A DNA stretch of 46,533 nt from a virus, in IMG/VR virus record IMGVR_UViG_3300015209_000001, positions 1 through 46,533 of that record; one strand, given 5' to 3'. The notes under the pieces are model-generated. The model saw only the letters and a list, made by a program, of their open reading frames with translations. It was not told the origin of the DNA and searched no databases. This document shows, piece by piece, positions 16,251 to 24,003 of the stretch. Numbering within the stretch: position 1 is the stretch's first letter; every line of letters starts with the position of its first letter. Made by a program: the position numbers and the translations under genes.

Positions 16251-16949
16251 ATGACCTACCTTCCCCTGCCCCGCCCCACCTTCGACCGAGGTGGTCTGTC
16301 GCTGACCAGCCACGACCCGCGCAACCGCGCCTTCCCCGTGCGCGCCCTGCTCTCGCCTGCGCCCATCCGGGACCGCTCCTGGCGGCGCTGGAGGCCGATC
16401 CAAAATCAGGGGAGGACATCGAGCTGTGTCGGGCAGGCGTTCGTCGGCCTCACCGTGACGCGGCCCCACTACGGGCTGCTGTCCCCCCTCCAGCGCAGGG
16501 CCATCCCCGACCCCTATGACCTCTACCTCGCCGCTCAGGGCCTCGATGACTTCGAGGGAGCCGAGCCGACCTACCAGGGCACCTCCACCCTTGCCGGGGC
16601 CAAGGCGGCCAAGGCGGCCGGGCTGATCCGCGAGTACCGCTGGTGCTTCGGCATCGCGGACGTGATCGACGCCCTCAACACCCTCGGGCCGGTGACCACC
16701 GGGCTGGACTGGACGATGGCTATGGCGCGGCCGATGAGCGACGGCCGCCCCGATCCCGGCGCGGGAGAGGCGATTCTGGGGGGCCACGAGACGTGCCTGG
16801 TGGGCATCGACGCCGAACGCAAGGAGGTTCTCGGCGTGAACTCGTGGGGCTCGGAGTGGAGCGTCAAAGGCAGATTCCGGTGGTCGTGGAAGCTGCTGGA
16901 GGAGCGCCTGGCCGCTCAGGGCGACGCGTGTGTGGGGCTGGTGGCGTGA
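16251..16949 (+). CDS. papain-like (C1 family) cysteine peptidase, endolysin candidate
   Basis: GAAAGGA upstream of the ATG. Catalytic layout NQGRTSSCVGQAF (Cys), GGHETCLVG (His), VNSWGSEW (Asn). Confidence 0.75.
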   Translation: MTYLPLPRPTFDRGGLSLTSHDPRNRAFPVRALLSPAPIRDRSWRRWRPIQNQGRTSSCVGQAFVGLTVTRPHYGLLSPLQRRAIPDPYDLYLAAQGLDDFEGAEPTYQGTSTLAGAKAAKAAGLIREYRWCFGIADVIDALNTLGPVTTGLDWTMAMARPMSDGRPDPGAGEAILGGHETCLVGIDAERKEVLGVNSWGSEWSVKGRFRWSWKLLEERLAAQGDACVGLVA

Positions 16950-17098
16950 TCCTCGGCTCCCACACCGGAGACGCCCGCTGCGCCTGTGTTGACCAGCACC
17001 GGCCCCGCGTCTACGAGTTCGACATTCACCACGTTTTGAGGAGTCAGCGTCGGGTGCCGTTCAAGATTCGTCGGATGTGCTCGTGGCTGACGCCATAA
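16946..17098 (+). pseudogene. possible truncated HNH-like remnant (50 aa ORF)
   Basis: GTGA overlap. The first ~29 codons have high GC3 and read ..ARCACVDQHRPRVYEFDIHHV. Codon bias is lost where the ORF runs into the 3' end of the opposite-strand HNH gene. Confidence 0.3.
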
Positions 17099-17625
17099 GC
17101 GCGAGCCAACTTGGCCTTGTCTCCGTATCGGAGGCCTCCGTGATTCCGGATAGCGGCGACCTGTTCGTCAGTGAGCCTCCTCTGGAGATCGCCAAGGAAG
17201 CCCGTCTCGTTCCCTCGCTGTCGACCCTTGGCGAGCTTGTCGGCGATGTTGTCTGCGTTCGTACCGACGAACAGGTGAGCCGGGTTCACGCACGGCGGGT
17301 TGTCACATCGGTGGAGCACGTGCAGCCCGAGCGGCACTGGTTCGCCGGTTGCAACCTCTACAGCAACACGATGCGCACGCACGGGAACGCGAGGACGCTG
17401 CTGAAAAACTCCGTACCCGTCCTTGTCCCGCCCACCGAACCATTCCCAGCACTCGTCGGGCGAGCCTTTGACGAAGTAACGCCGAAAGCGTATGGGCCAT
17501 GGTGCGCGGAACTCAAACGTGATATTGCCGTGAGCCCTGAACCGTTTGTAGTGCTTCGGACACAGACCTCGCGCCCCCTTGTCGCCTACGGGACGGTCGC
17601 AGTCGGGAGCTTCGCACATTCTCAC
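17044..17625 (-). CDS. HNH homing endonuclease with C-terminal HTH
   Basis: GYGVF..AHRVAVE..VLHRCDNPPCVNPAHLFVGTNADNIADKLAKGR. Local GC is visibly lower than the flanks. It is a lone reverse-strand gene. Confidence 0.9.
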   Translation of the reverse strand: MRMCEAPDCDRPVGDKGARGLCPKHYKRFRAHGNITFEFRAPWPIRFRRYFVKGSPDECWEWFGGRDKDGYGVFQQRPRVPVRAHRVAVEVATGEPVPLGLHVLHRCDNPPCVNPAHLFVGTNADNIADKLAKGRQRGNETGFLGDLQRRLTDEQVAAIRNHGGLRYGDKAKLARAYGVSHEHIRRILNGTRR

Positions 17626-17669
17626 CTTCCAAATATAGCGGCAAATACACCAAGGGAACAGGGAGAATC

Positions 17670-18014
17670 ATGACCTACGACTACCCCAATGCCAAGGTGC
17701 TGAACGTCGTGGACGGCGACACCATCGACGTGGCCATCGACTACGGCTTCCGCCTCGTGCAGACCCACCGGGTACGGCTGGCCGGGATCGACGCCCCCGA
17801 GATCAACGCCGTGGGCACGGCCGGTGAGGAAGCTCGGGACTGGCTGCGTGGACACCTCCCCGTCGGGTGCGCCGTCCACCTGCGCACCGAGAAGCCCGCC
17901 GACAAGTTCGGCAGGTACCTGGCCTGGGTCTTCGCCGAGGGCGACATCGCCTCGACGAATGACCAGCTCATCGACACCGGCCACGCTGTGGCCTACGACG
18001 GAGGCAAACGATGA
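17670..18014 (+). CDS. staphylococcal-nuclease-like (thermonuclease/SNase fold) protein
   Basis: VVDGDTIDV..HRVRLAGIDAPE..GEEARDWL..DKFGRYLAWV..LIDTGHAVAY matches the SNase signature. AGGGAG RBS. Confidence 0.8.
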   Translation: MTYDYPNAKVLNVVDGDTIDVAIDYGFRLVQTHRVRLAGIDAPEINAVGTAGEEARDWLRGHLPVGCAVHLRTEKPADKFGRYLAWVFAEGDIASTNDQLIDTGHAVAYDGGKR

Positions 18015-18059
18015 CCCCGCAGGCTGGACTGCCTACCGCCAGGGCGTAACCTCAGGACC

Positions 18060-18221
18060 GTGAACGATCCCCGCCGCAACCTGCTGCTCATCATCATCGC
18101 CATCGTCTGCTTCCTGCTCGCCCTCGCCTCGTTCCAGGACGCGGACGGGGAGGTCCTGCTGACCGCGGGATCGTGGCTGGCGCTGGGCCTGGCCTCCTTC
18201 GCCGCTTCCCACATCCCGTGA
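18060..18221 (+). CDS. 53-aa two-TM membrane protein
   Basis: GTG start. LLLIIIAIVCFLLALASF and WLALGLASFAA hydrophobic segments. Below the ORF-track cut-off. Confidence 0.35.
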   Translation: MNDPRRNLLLIIIAIVCFLLALASFQDADGEVLLTAGSWLALGLASFAASHIP

Positions 18222-18270
18222 TATCGGGGACCGTGGTGGTCGTGCTGTTCCTGCTCATCGTCCTGCTGCT

Positions 18271-18561
18271 GTGGCTGCTGTGAGCCTTGACCTCGACGAG
18301 CAGGCCCCCGTCCTGAGCCTGGGGCCAGGGCGGGTGGCGCCGCCGGTGATCCGCACCGGAGTCCAGATCGGCGTCGGCCAGTTCCTCGTGGAGGGCATCG
18401 CGTTGTTCAACCTGGCCCACCTCAACCCCGGCCAGGAGAAGTGGTTGGGCGCTGCGCTGACGCTGGCGGTGTGCGCCATCCAGAACCAGCTGGAGAAGAT
18501 GGCGAACAAGAAGCTGCTGGGGCGCACTCCCGCTCCGCCTGTTCTGCCGCCCGAGGGGTAG
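18271..18561 (+). CDS. hypothetical protein (96 aa)
   Basis: GTG start (alternative at 18280). High GC3. Followed by a hairpin and a promoter motif. Confidence 0.5.
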   Translation: MAAVSLDLDEQAPVLSLGPGRVAPPVIRTGVQIGVGQFLVEGIALFNLAHLNPGQEKWLGAALTLAVCAIQNQLEKMANKKLLGRTPAPPVLPPEG

Positions 18562-18606
18562 TCGCTCGCCTGAGCGATGCACCGCCCGGCCAGTTTCCCC
18601 GAGGAG

Positions 18607-18629
18607 GGGGCCGGCCGAGTGTCGGCCCC
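18607..18629 (+). terminator. GC-rich hairpin (7-bp stem GGGGCCG/CGGCCCC, 9-nt loop), candidate I-shaped terminator
   Basis: Read directly. Lies between the end of 18271-18561 and the promoter motif at 18679. No U-tract. Confidence 0.35.
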
Positions 18630-18678
18630 TGACCACGACTGACCGGGCGGTCCCCGCAGGATAGCCGTCTCGCCCGGC

Positions 18679-18694
18679 CTAAGCGCGCTAGGCT
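18679..18694 (+). promoter_or_regulatory. Motif copy CTAAGCGCGCTAGGCT (-10 TAGGCT)
   Basis: Intergenic, 27 nt upstream of ATG 18722, which has its own GAGGAAAGGA RBS. Confidence 0.55.
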
Positions 18695-18721
18695 TTGGGT
18701 CCCCGAGGAAAGGACCACGAG

Positions 18722-19474
18722 ATGAATCTGCCCATCCCCCCCGAGCTGGCCGTAGAGGTGGCACCGTTCGAGGTCGAGCTACTGGACGCCGAGAGCCCAG
18801 CCATCCCCCGGTGGCGCATCGAGAGCGACGGAGAGGCGGAGTGGTCGCTTCGCCACCTGGCCGAGGCGCAGATGAGCGTGTCCACCGTGGAGGAGCAGGC
18901 AGCCGAGTGGCGGCGACGGATCGACGAGTACGTCGACAACGCGGTGAAGCCCATGAGGCGGCGGGCCGAGTTCTTCCGCGTCCACCTGGAGGACTACGCC
19001 CTGCGGGTGCGCGAAGCCTCCGGCGACGAGATCAAGGCCGTCCGTCTGCCCTCAGGTGACGTGCAGACCCACGCCAGCGCCCAGCGGGTAGAGGTGTGGG
19101 ACGCCGAGGGATTCACCCTCTGGGCCGGCGATCACGCCGACGATCCGATGGTGCGCACGAAACACGAGCTGGCGAAGGCCGAAGCCAAGGCGTGCGTGGT
19201 CATCGACCGCGAGCACTACGCCGACCGCCACCTCGCCACCCTCGCTTGCGGAGCGGAGCTGGTGGAGGTGACCGAGCCCGGCTACACCCTGGAGGAGTGG
19301 GGCGGGTTGGACATCGCGTGCCCCGACGAGGACTGCCCCCGTGAGCGCTGCCCAATCGCGGAGGTCAGGGTCGAGGAGGTCACCCGGGCGGCCGCGTGGC
19401 ACAAGGCCACCGGCGAGCGTCTGGAGTGGGCCGCCGTCATTTCGCCGACCGTGACGGCGAAGGTGAAGCTGTGA
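18722..19474 (+). CDS. Gam-like host-nuclease-inhibitor/recombination accessory protein (tentative)
   Basis: W.IESDGEAEWSLRHLAEAQ...EW..RI...........F...LEDYA......KAVRLPSGDVQT resembles the Mu Gam-like family layout. Lies upstream of the Erf-like gene. Confidence 0.45.
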   Translation: MNLPIPPELAVEVAPFEVELLDAESPAIPRWRIESDGEAEWSLRHLAEAQMSVSTVEEQAAEWRRRIDEYVDNAVKPMRRRAEFFRVHLEDYALRVREASGDEIKAVRLPSGDVQTHASAQRVEVWDAEGFTLWAGDHADDPMVRTKHELAKAEAKACVVIDREHYADRHLATLACGAELVEVTEPGYTLEEWGGLDIACPDEDCPRERCPIAEVRVEEVTRAAAWHKATGERLEWAAVISPTVTAKVKL

Positions 19475-19806
19475 ACGCCCACTGCCTGACCTGCACCTGT
19501 ACCGAGCCAGACGAGGTTCAGGACGAGGTTCATTCGTGCCAGTGGTGCGCGATCAACCTGAATCACCCGAGGTGCCCGGAGAACGACGACGAAGAACGGT
19601 GCCCTCACTGCGGGAGCGAACCCGAGGACGTGACTTGTCACAGGGGGACGTGTCCCACCTTGGGCACCTGCGCTCAGACGTACATGGACCTTCCGCGGCC
19701 CTGGCACCCAGAGTCGGAATGGCTCGACGGGGCAAAGTTCACGGCTGCCGCAGTCTTCAAGCACCTTCGTGAACATCACGCCGGACAGACCGGGGTGAAG
19801 CTCTGA
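19471..19806 (+). CDS. Cys-rich (zinc-binding-like) hypothetical protein (111 aa)
   Basis: GTGA overlap. CLTCTC, CQWC, CPHCG and CHRGTCPTLGTC motifs. Confidence 0.5.
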   Translation: MNAHCLTCTCTEPDEVQDEVHSCQWCAINLNHPRCPENDDEERCPHCGSEPEDVTCHRGTCPTLGTCAQTYMDLPRPWHPESEWLDGAKFTAAAVFKHLREHHAGQTGVKL

Positions 19807-19876
19807 TGTGGCCCGTGGATTTGTGGGCTGACGACCAGGGCGGAGGCGAGGATGCCATCACGCCCACCTGGACGCC

Positions 19877-20077
19877 GTGAGGCTGCTGCTCGTCCGCCGG
19901 CCCAACGGCGCGCTCGCCGCGTGGCCCCTGCCGCCGAGCTCCTCGGTGGCCGAGGTGGTGGAGGCGATCTACGCCGTGGCCCCCTCGCCCGAGTGGCACG
20001 CGCAGACGGAGTGGTGCGTGGTCAAGGCCCCGTCCGCCAGGCTGGCCGAGTGGCCCGAACCCGCGGGCGCACCCTAA
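19877..20077 (+). CDS. hypothetical protein (66 aa)
   Basis: GTGA overlap with a 24-codon upstream ORF. High GC3. Confidence 0.4.
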   Translation: MRLLLVRRPNGALAAWPLPPSSSVAEVVEAIYAVAPSPEWHAQTEWCVVKAPSARLAEWPEPAGAP

Positions 20078-20089
20078 GCGCGCTAGAGT
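20074..20089 (+). promoter_or_regulatory. Motif copy CTAAGCGCGCTAGAGT (-10 TAGAGT)
   Basis: Overlaps the stop of 19877-20077. Lies 35 nt upstream of ATG 20125, which has a GAGGAGGA RBS. Confidence 0.55.
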
Positions 20090-20124
20090 TAGGGGACCAC
20101 TCAACCCCCGAGGAGGACCCACCC

Positions 20125-21018
20125 ATGACCCCCACCGAACCTGAAGATCCTGAGCCGGCGGATCGCCCGACCAACGTCATCGCCGCCCTGGCCGCGGTGA
20201 TGCGGGACCTGCCCGGCATCGGCCGAGACGAACGAAGTGATGCCGGATACAACTACCGGGGGATCGAGCAGATCACCCGCCACGCCCAGCAGCTCCTCGG
20301 CAAGTACGGCGTGGTGTTCGTGCCGAAGGTGTTGGAGCGGCACACGAAGGAGCTGACCATCAACGGCCGGCCGTGGACCGAGGACTCCCTCTCGGTGGCC
20401 TACACCGTGTTCGGCCCCGGTGGCACCGAGGACTCCATCGGTGTCGGTCCGATCATCGGCGTCGGCCGGGACAACAGCGACAAGGGCTGCAACAAGGCGA
20501 TGACGATGGCCTACAAGGTCGCCTTGATCCAGACGATGTGCATAGGCGACGGCAAAGACGATCCCGACAAGGACGTCGCGGAGGCCGACGCCCGCCACGC
20601 ACCCCCTGACCCCGGAGCGGTCGTGCGCCACGAGCTACGCCAGCGGATCACCTCGCTGTCGGTGCCCAAGCGGGAGGCCGTACGCGCCTTCTGTGACCTC
20701 CACCACATCCCCCGGGTTACCGCCCAGATGGACGATGCCCAGGTGGAGGCCGTCACCGCGGAGGTCGACCGGCTCGCCGCTCTGCCCGAGAGCGCCCCAG
20801 AATCGCCCCAGAGCCCCGCTCCCGAGGCCGAAGGGGAATCACCGCCCGAGGTCGACCCGCAACGCCTGGAGCGAGCCATCGAGACGGTGAGCACCATGAC
20901 GCAGATGGAGGTCCTGGCCGAGTGCGGGCGGCGGTCGTTGGTGCCGGGCAAGGACAAGGCCGAGCAGCGACGGGTCCTGGCCCTCTCCATGGCGGTCGGC
21001 GAGGTGTCGGCGACATGA
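20125..21018 (+). CDS. Erf-family single-strand annealing protein
   Basis: AGYNYRGIEQI..LLGKYGVVFVP...GVGRDNSDKGCNKAMTMAYKVALIQ matches the ERF signature (Y.YR.id.v...l....gi.....D.gDK...KA.T.A.K.aL.Q). Confidence 0.7.
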   Translation: MTPTEPEDPEPADRPTNVIAALAAVMRDLPGIGRDERSDAGYNYRGIEQITRHAQQLLGKYGVVFVPKVLERHTKELTINGRPWTEDSLSVAYTVFGPGGTEDSIGVGPIIGVGRDNSDKGCNKAMTMAYKVALIQTMCIGDGKDDPDKDVAEADARHAPPDPGAVVRHELRQRITSLSVPKREAVRAFCDLHHIPRVTAQMDDAQVEAVTAEVDRLAALPESAPESPQSPAPEAEGESPPEVDPQRLERAIETVSTMTQMEVLAECGRRSLVPGKDKAEQRRVLALSMAVGEVSAT

Positions 21019-21242
21019 CGCTGAGCCTGGCCGTCACCCTCGTCACCGCCCTGTGGGCCTCCCACGGCGGCACCCTCGACCTGGCCGAGGTCGATGAGAT
21101 CGACTTCGACAACCCCTGCGGCCTGTTGTCTACCGAGCACGAGGATGGGCGAGTCTCGCGACACGTGGCCTGGTACGCCCGCTGCGGTGGCCGACTCCAT
21201 GCGCAGCTCGCCATGACCATCGACCGTGAGCCGGCGGCGTGA
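21015..21242 (+). CDS. hypothetical protein (75 aa)
   Basis: ATGA overlap. High GC3. Confidence 0.45.
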   Translation: MTLSLAVTLVTALWASHGGTLDLAEVDEIDFDNPCGLLSTEHEDGRVSRHVAWYARCGGRLHAQLAMTIDREPAA

Positions 21243-21757
21243 AGGCGCTGAGTTTGCACCAACCGTGGGCCAGCCTCGTCGCCGTGGGCGTCAAGACGAT
21301 CGAGACCCGCTCGTGGTCGACGCTGTACCGGGGGCCCCTAGCCATCCACGCCACGTTGAAACGCCCTCCGTACGCGGTCGTAGGCGTCGGGCTGGCGGGA
21401 CCCGTCCGTGGCGATGATCCCCACTGGGCAATGGACCTACGCGACGGCCAGCGGATTCGTCTACCGCTCGGCGGCGTGGTCGCCACCTGCATGCTGGTCG
21501 ATGTGGTGCCGATGGTGCATTCCGGCGAAGAGGGAGCCATTCGCACGCTCGACATTGACGCCGATGGCTCGCTGTGGATCGTTGAGGCCGAAGGCGACGA
21601 CCCCGAAGACCGGGACCAACGCGACGTGTCCGCCCAGCGCCCCTACGGCGAGTTCACACCCGGTCGGTTCGCCTGGTTGCTATCTGGCATCGCACCCGTC
21701 GAACCACCCATCCCGGCCAAGGGTCGCCAAGGGCTCTGGACGTGGGAGCCCGAGTGA
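21239..21757 (+). CDS. ASCH-domain protein
   Basis: KALSLHQPWASLVAVGVKTIETRSWSTLYRGPLAIHA is the typical ASCH/PUA-like opening. Confidence 0.7.
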   Translation: MKALSLHQPWASLVAVGVKTIETRSWSTLYRGPLAIHATLKRPPYAVVGVGLAGPVRGDDPHWAMDLRDGQRIRLPLGGVVATCMLVDVVPMVHSGEEGAIRTLDIDADGSLWIVEAEGDDPEDRDQRDVSAQRPYGEFTPGRFAWLLSGIAPVEPPIPAKGRQGLWTWEPE

Positions 21758-21936
21758 CCCTGCCCGAGGTCCGCTGCGCCGAGACGGTGACCATCGGCGA
21801 CGAGCGATGGGGCAGCTTCGTGTCCCGCTGCGAGCTGGCTGAGGGCCACGACGGCGACCACCGCAGCGAGCGCACCGCCTGCGACCCTCCGGCCTACCTG
21901 GCGTGGCCGTCCATCACGCCCACCTACCCCGCATGA
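21754..21936 (+). CDS. hypothetical protein (60 aa)
   Basis: GTGA overlap. In-frame continuation of ORF 21742-21936. Confidence 0.4.
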   Translation: MTLPEVRCAETVTIGDERWGSFVSRCELAEGHDGDHRSERTACDPPAYLAWPSITPTYPA

Positions 21937-22379
21937 CCAAGCCGAGCGGCCGGTCCCCGACCACCACAGAAGGGGACGCAGGCCGCTCGATGCCCGACAC
22001 AGAGAGGAAAGCTCACCCCATGCCAGACCTAGAACCTACCTGCGAAGAGTGCCAACGCCACCACGACACCGGCTCGGCGCGCCCTGGACCTCGCTGGACG
22101 CACTGCCATACCTGCCACCGCTCATGGCGGGCATCCAAGGAGGCGCACTGCTCTCGATGCTGTCGCGCCTTCTCCACCCCCAACGCCTTCGACCTCCACC
22201 TGTTGCCACGAGGCTGCACCGATCCCGGCGAGGTTCGCTCGAAAAAGGGCGATCAAGCCCGTTTGAGCCTCCGGGGCGATGGAGTGTGGCAAATGCCGCC
22301 GCCGCCGCCAAATGAGGGTTCCCCTTGGGCGATGAGGGCATTCCGAGGCACCGAAGCGTCCGGCGAATCTTCGGGCTAG
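21933..22379 (+). CDS. Cys/His-rich zinc-binding-like protein (FDxH-type motif)
   Basis: ATGA overlap. CEECQRHH..HCHTCH..HCSRCCRAFSTPNAFDLHL..GCTDP resembles a zinc-binding family common in actinophages (recalled). Confidence 0.5.
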   Translation: MTKPSGRSPTTTEGDAGRSMPDTERKAHPMPDLEPTCEECQRHHDTGSARPGPRWTHCHTCHRSWRASKEAHCSRCCRAFSTPNAFDLHLLPRGCTDPGEVRSKKGDQARLSLRGDGVWQMPPPPPNEGSPWAMRAFRGTEASGESSG

Positions 22380-22400
22380 GGTCCGCTCCACAAACGCGAA

Positions 22401-22432
22401 CGAGGACCGGCCCAGCCGGGTACCGGTCCTCG
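22401..22432 (+). terminator. Perfect 10-bp GC-rich hairpin (CGAGGACCGG-N12-CCGGTCCTCG): terminator or leader structure
   Basis: Read directly. Intergenic, between stop 22379 and ATG 22463. No U-tract. Confidence 0.4.
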
Positions 22433-22462
22433 TATCGCCAGACGAAAGGAGCTATCCCTCCC

Positions 22463-22648
22463 ATGTCCACCACCAAGCGTAGCAAGCGCGGTGACGAAGC
22501 GGTGACCGAGGCCCTGCCGCGGGTCCGAGCGGCCCGCCAGGCCCTCGCCTCCGTCCGAAGCAGAGACTTCCCTCCTGCCGAGCGGTTGCCCGTGCTGCTG
22601 TACGTCGAGAGGCTGCTGGAGCAGGTCGAGGAATGGCTGGTGCCATGA
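22463..22648 (+). CDS. hypothetical protein (61 aa)
   Basis: AAAGGAG RBS 10 nt upstream of the ATG. Confidence 0.5.
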   Translation: MSTTKRSKRGDEAVTEALPRVRAARQALASVRSRDFPPAERLPVLLYVERLLEQVEEWLVP

Positions 22649-23466
22649 CGATCGTCCGTGGTCCCCGGCTGGAACGCAACTTCACGATCCTCGACAACAA
22701 CGTTCTGCGGGACACCAGCCTCAGCTTTCGCTCCCGTGGCGTGCTCGGCTACCTGCTGTCACTCCCCCCGGACTCGACGGTCAGCGCGGCCGAGATAGCA
22801 CGTCAGGGTTCCGAGGGACGAGAAGCCATCCGCTCGGCCCTGACCGAGCTGGAGGCCGCTGGCTACCTGGTCCGAGGCCACCGACGCCGGCCCGATGGCA
22901 CCTTCACCTCGTTCTCGACGATCTACGAACAGCCGCAAACAGGCGAGGAATCGGCCGATTCTCCGGCGCCCAGAAACCCGCCTCCGGTCCCACCTGCGGA
23001 TTCACGCGAAAGGGCAGGTCAGACCGGCGCCCAGAAACCCGCCTCCGGATTCCTGGGCGATCAAAGAGAAGGACTAAGTGAAGAAGGACTGAAACAAGAA
23101 GGACTGACCGCGTGCTCGCCGCAACCCGAGCCGATCACGTTCGAGGACTTCTGGTCCATCTACCCGCTGAGAGCAAAGCCGCCTGACGCGCGCAGGGCAT
23201 GGGACAAAGCGATCAAGACCACCGCGCCTGAGGTGGTTATCCAAGGGGTCATCCGCTACCGCGACGACCCCAACCGCGACCCCGCCTTCACTGCCTACCC
23301 CGCCTCCTGGCTCAACTCCCGCCGCTGGGAGGATGACCCGCTCCCCGCCCGCCCATTGCCCCGGACCACCACCACGACCTCAGCACGCACCCTCGCCAAC
23401 CTCGCCGCTCGTCGAGCCGCCCTGCCCGAGATCACCCCGACTACCGCAAAGGAGATCACACAGTGA
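22645..23466 (+). CDS. replication initiator / replisome-organizer-like winged-helix protein
   Basis: ATGA overlap (alternative ATG 22633). FTILDNNVLRDTSLSFRSRGVLGYLLSLPPDSTVSAAEIA...LTELEAAGYLVR and C-terminal FEDFWSIYP...ASWLNSRRWEDD are typical of this family. Contains DNA repeats (see the next entry). Confidence 0.65.
   Translation: MTIVRGPRLERNFTILDNNVLRDTSLSFRSRGVLGYLLSLPPDSTVSAAEIARQGSEGREAIRSALTELEAAGYLVRGHRRRPDGTFTSFSTIYEQPQTGEESADSPAPRNPPPVPPADSRERAGQTGAQKPASGFLGDQREGLSEEGLKQEGLTACSPQPEPITFEDFWSIYPLRAKPPDARRAWDKAIKTTAPEVVIQGVIRYRDDPNRDPAFTAYPASWLNSRRWEDDPLPARPLPRTTTTTSARTLANLAARRAALPEITPTTAKEITQ
22963..23105 (+). repeat. Iteron-like repeats inside the initiator gene (candidate origin)
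   Basis: A 25-nt exact direct repeat CCGGCGCCCAGAAACCCGCCTCCGG at 22963-22987 and 23024-23048 (61-nt offset, so read in different frames). Also AGAAGGACT x3 at 23067-23075, 23082-23090 and 23097-23105 (15-nt period). Confidence 0.6.
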
Positions 23467-23768
23467 AGCGATCGACCGTGGAGGAGGCCTGCGCCGTGCT
23501 GTTCATCGCCGCCGGCCGAGAAGCAGGAGAGGCCGAGTTCCTCGTCTGGGAACGGGCCCTGGCCGACACCCCCGACGACCAGGCGCAGGAGGTGGTCACG
23601 CGCATCTTGCAGATGGTGGACCTCGGCGCCCGATTCGGCCCACCGACACCGGCGCTGTTCCTGGCCGAGCGCGCCGCCATGCTGGGCCAGGAGCCACCGG
23701 GCCACAACCGACACAGCGGGATCGAGCTGTACCGGACATCGGCGCGGCTTCGTGGCGGTGAGTCATGA
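23463..23768 (+). CDS. hypothetical replication-module protein (101 aa)
   Basis: GTGA overlap. High GC3. Confidence 0.5.
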   Translation: MKRSTVEEACAVLFIAAGREAGEAEFLVWERALADTPDDQAQEVVTRILQMVDLGARFGPPTPALFLAERAAMLGQEPPGHNRHSGIELYRTSARLRGGES

Positions 23769-23998
23769 CCCACGGCGAGTACGTCGAGATCGCCGGGCTG
23801 ATCGAGCGGGCCTGGCCGAAGCGCGGTTGGCCGTTGGGCACCGTGGCGGCGGGCGAGGAAATCCTCCTCGACCTCGACTACCTGGCCGTCCGCTCCGCCG
23901 TGGTGGAGTTGGCCAAGGAGGGCAGCCCGTTCGCCCCCGTCCCCGGCCAGGTCTACCGGGCCACCGTCGGCGAGCCGGAGTGGGTCCCCGATTGGTAG
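23765..23998 (+). CDS. hypothetical replication-module protein (77 aa)
   Basis: ATGA overlap. High GC3. Confidence 0.5.
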   Translation: MTHGEYVEIAGLIERAWPKRGWPLGTVAAGEEILLDLDYLAVRSAVVELAKEGSPFAPVPGQVYRATVGEPEWVPDW

Positions 23999-24003
23999 CG
24001 GCC

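Noticed and set aside
22376-22381. TAGGGT box overlapping the stop of 21933-22379 as another motif promoter
   Set aside because: The upstream CTAAsyGCGC part is absent. It may still be a weak -10 that would place the 22401-22432 hairpin in a leader, but it is not counted among the motif copies.
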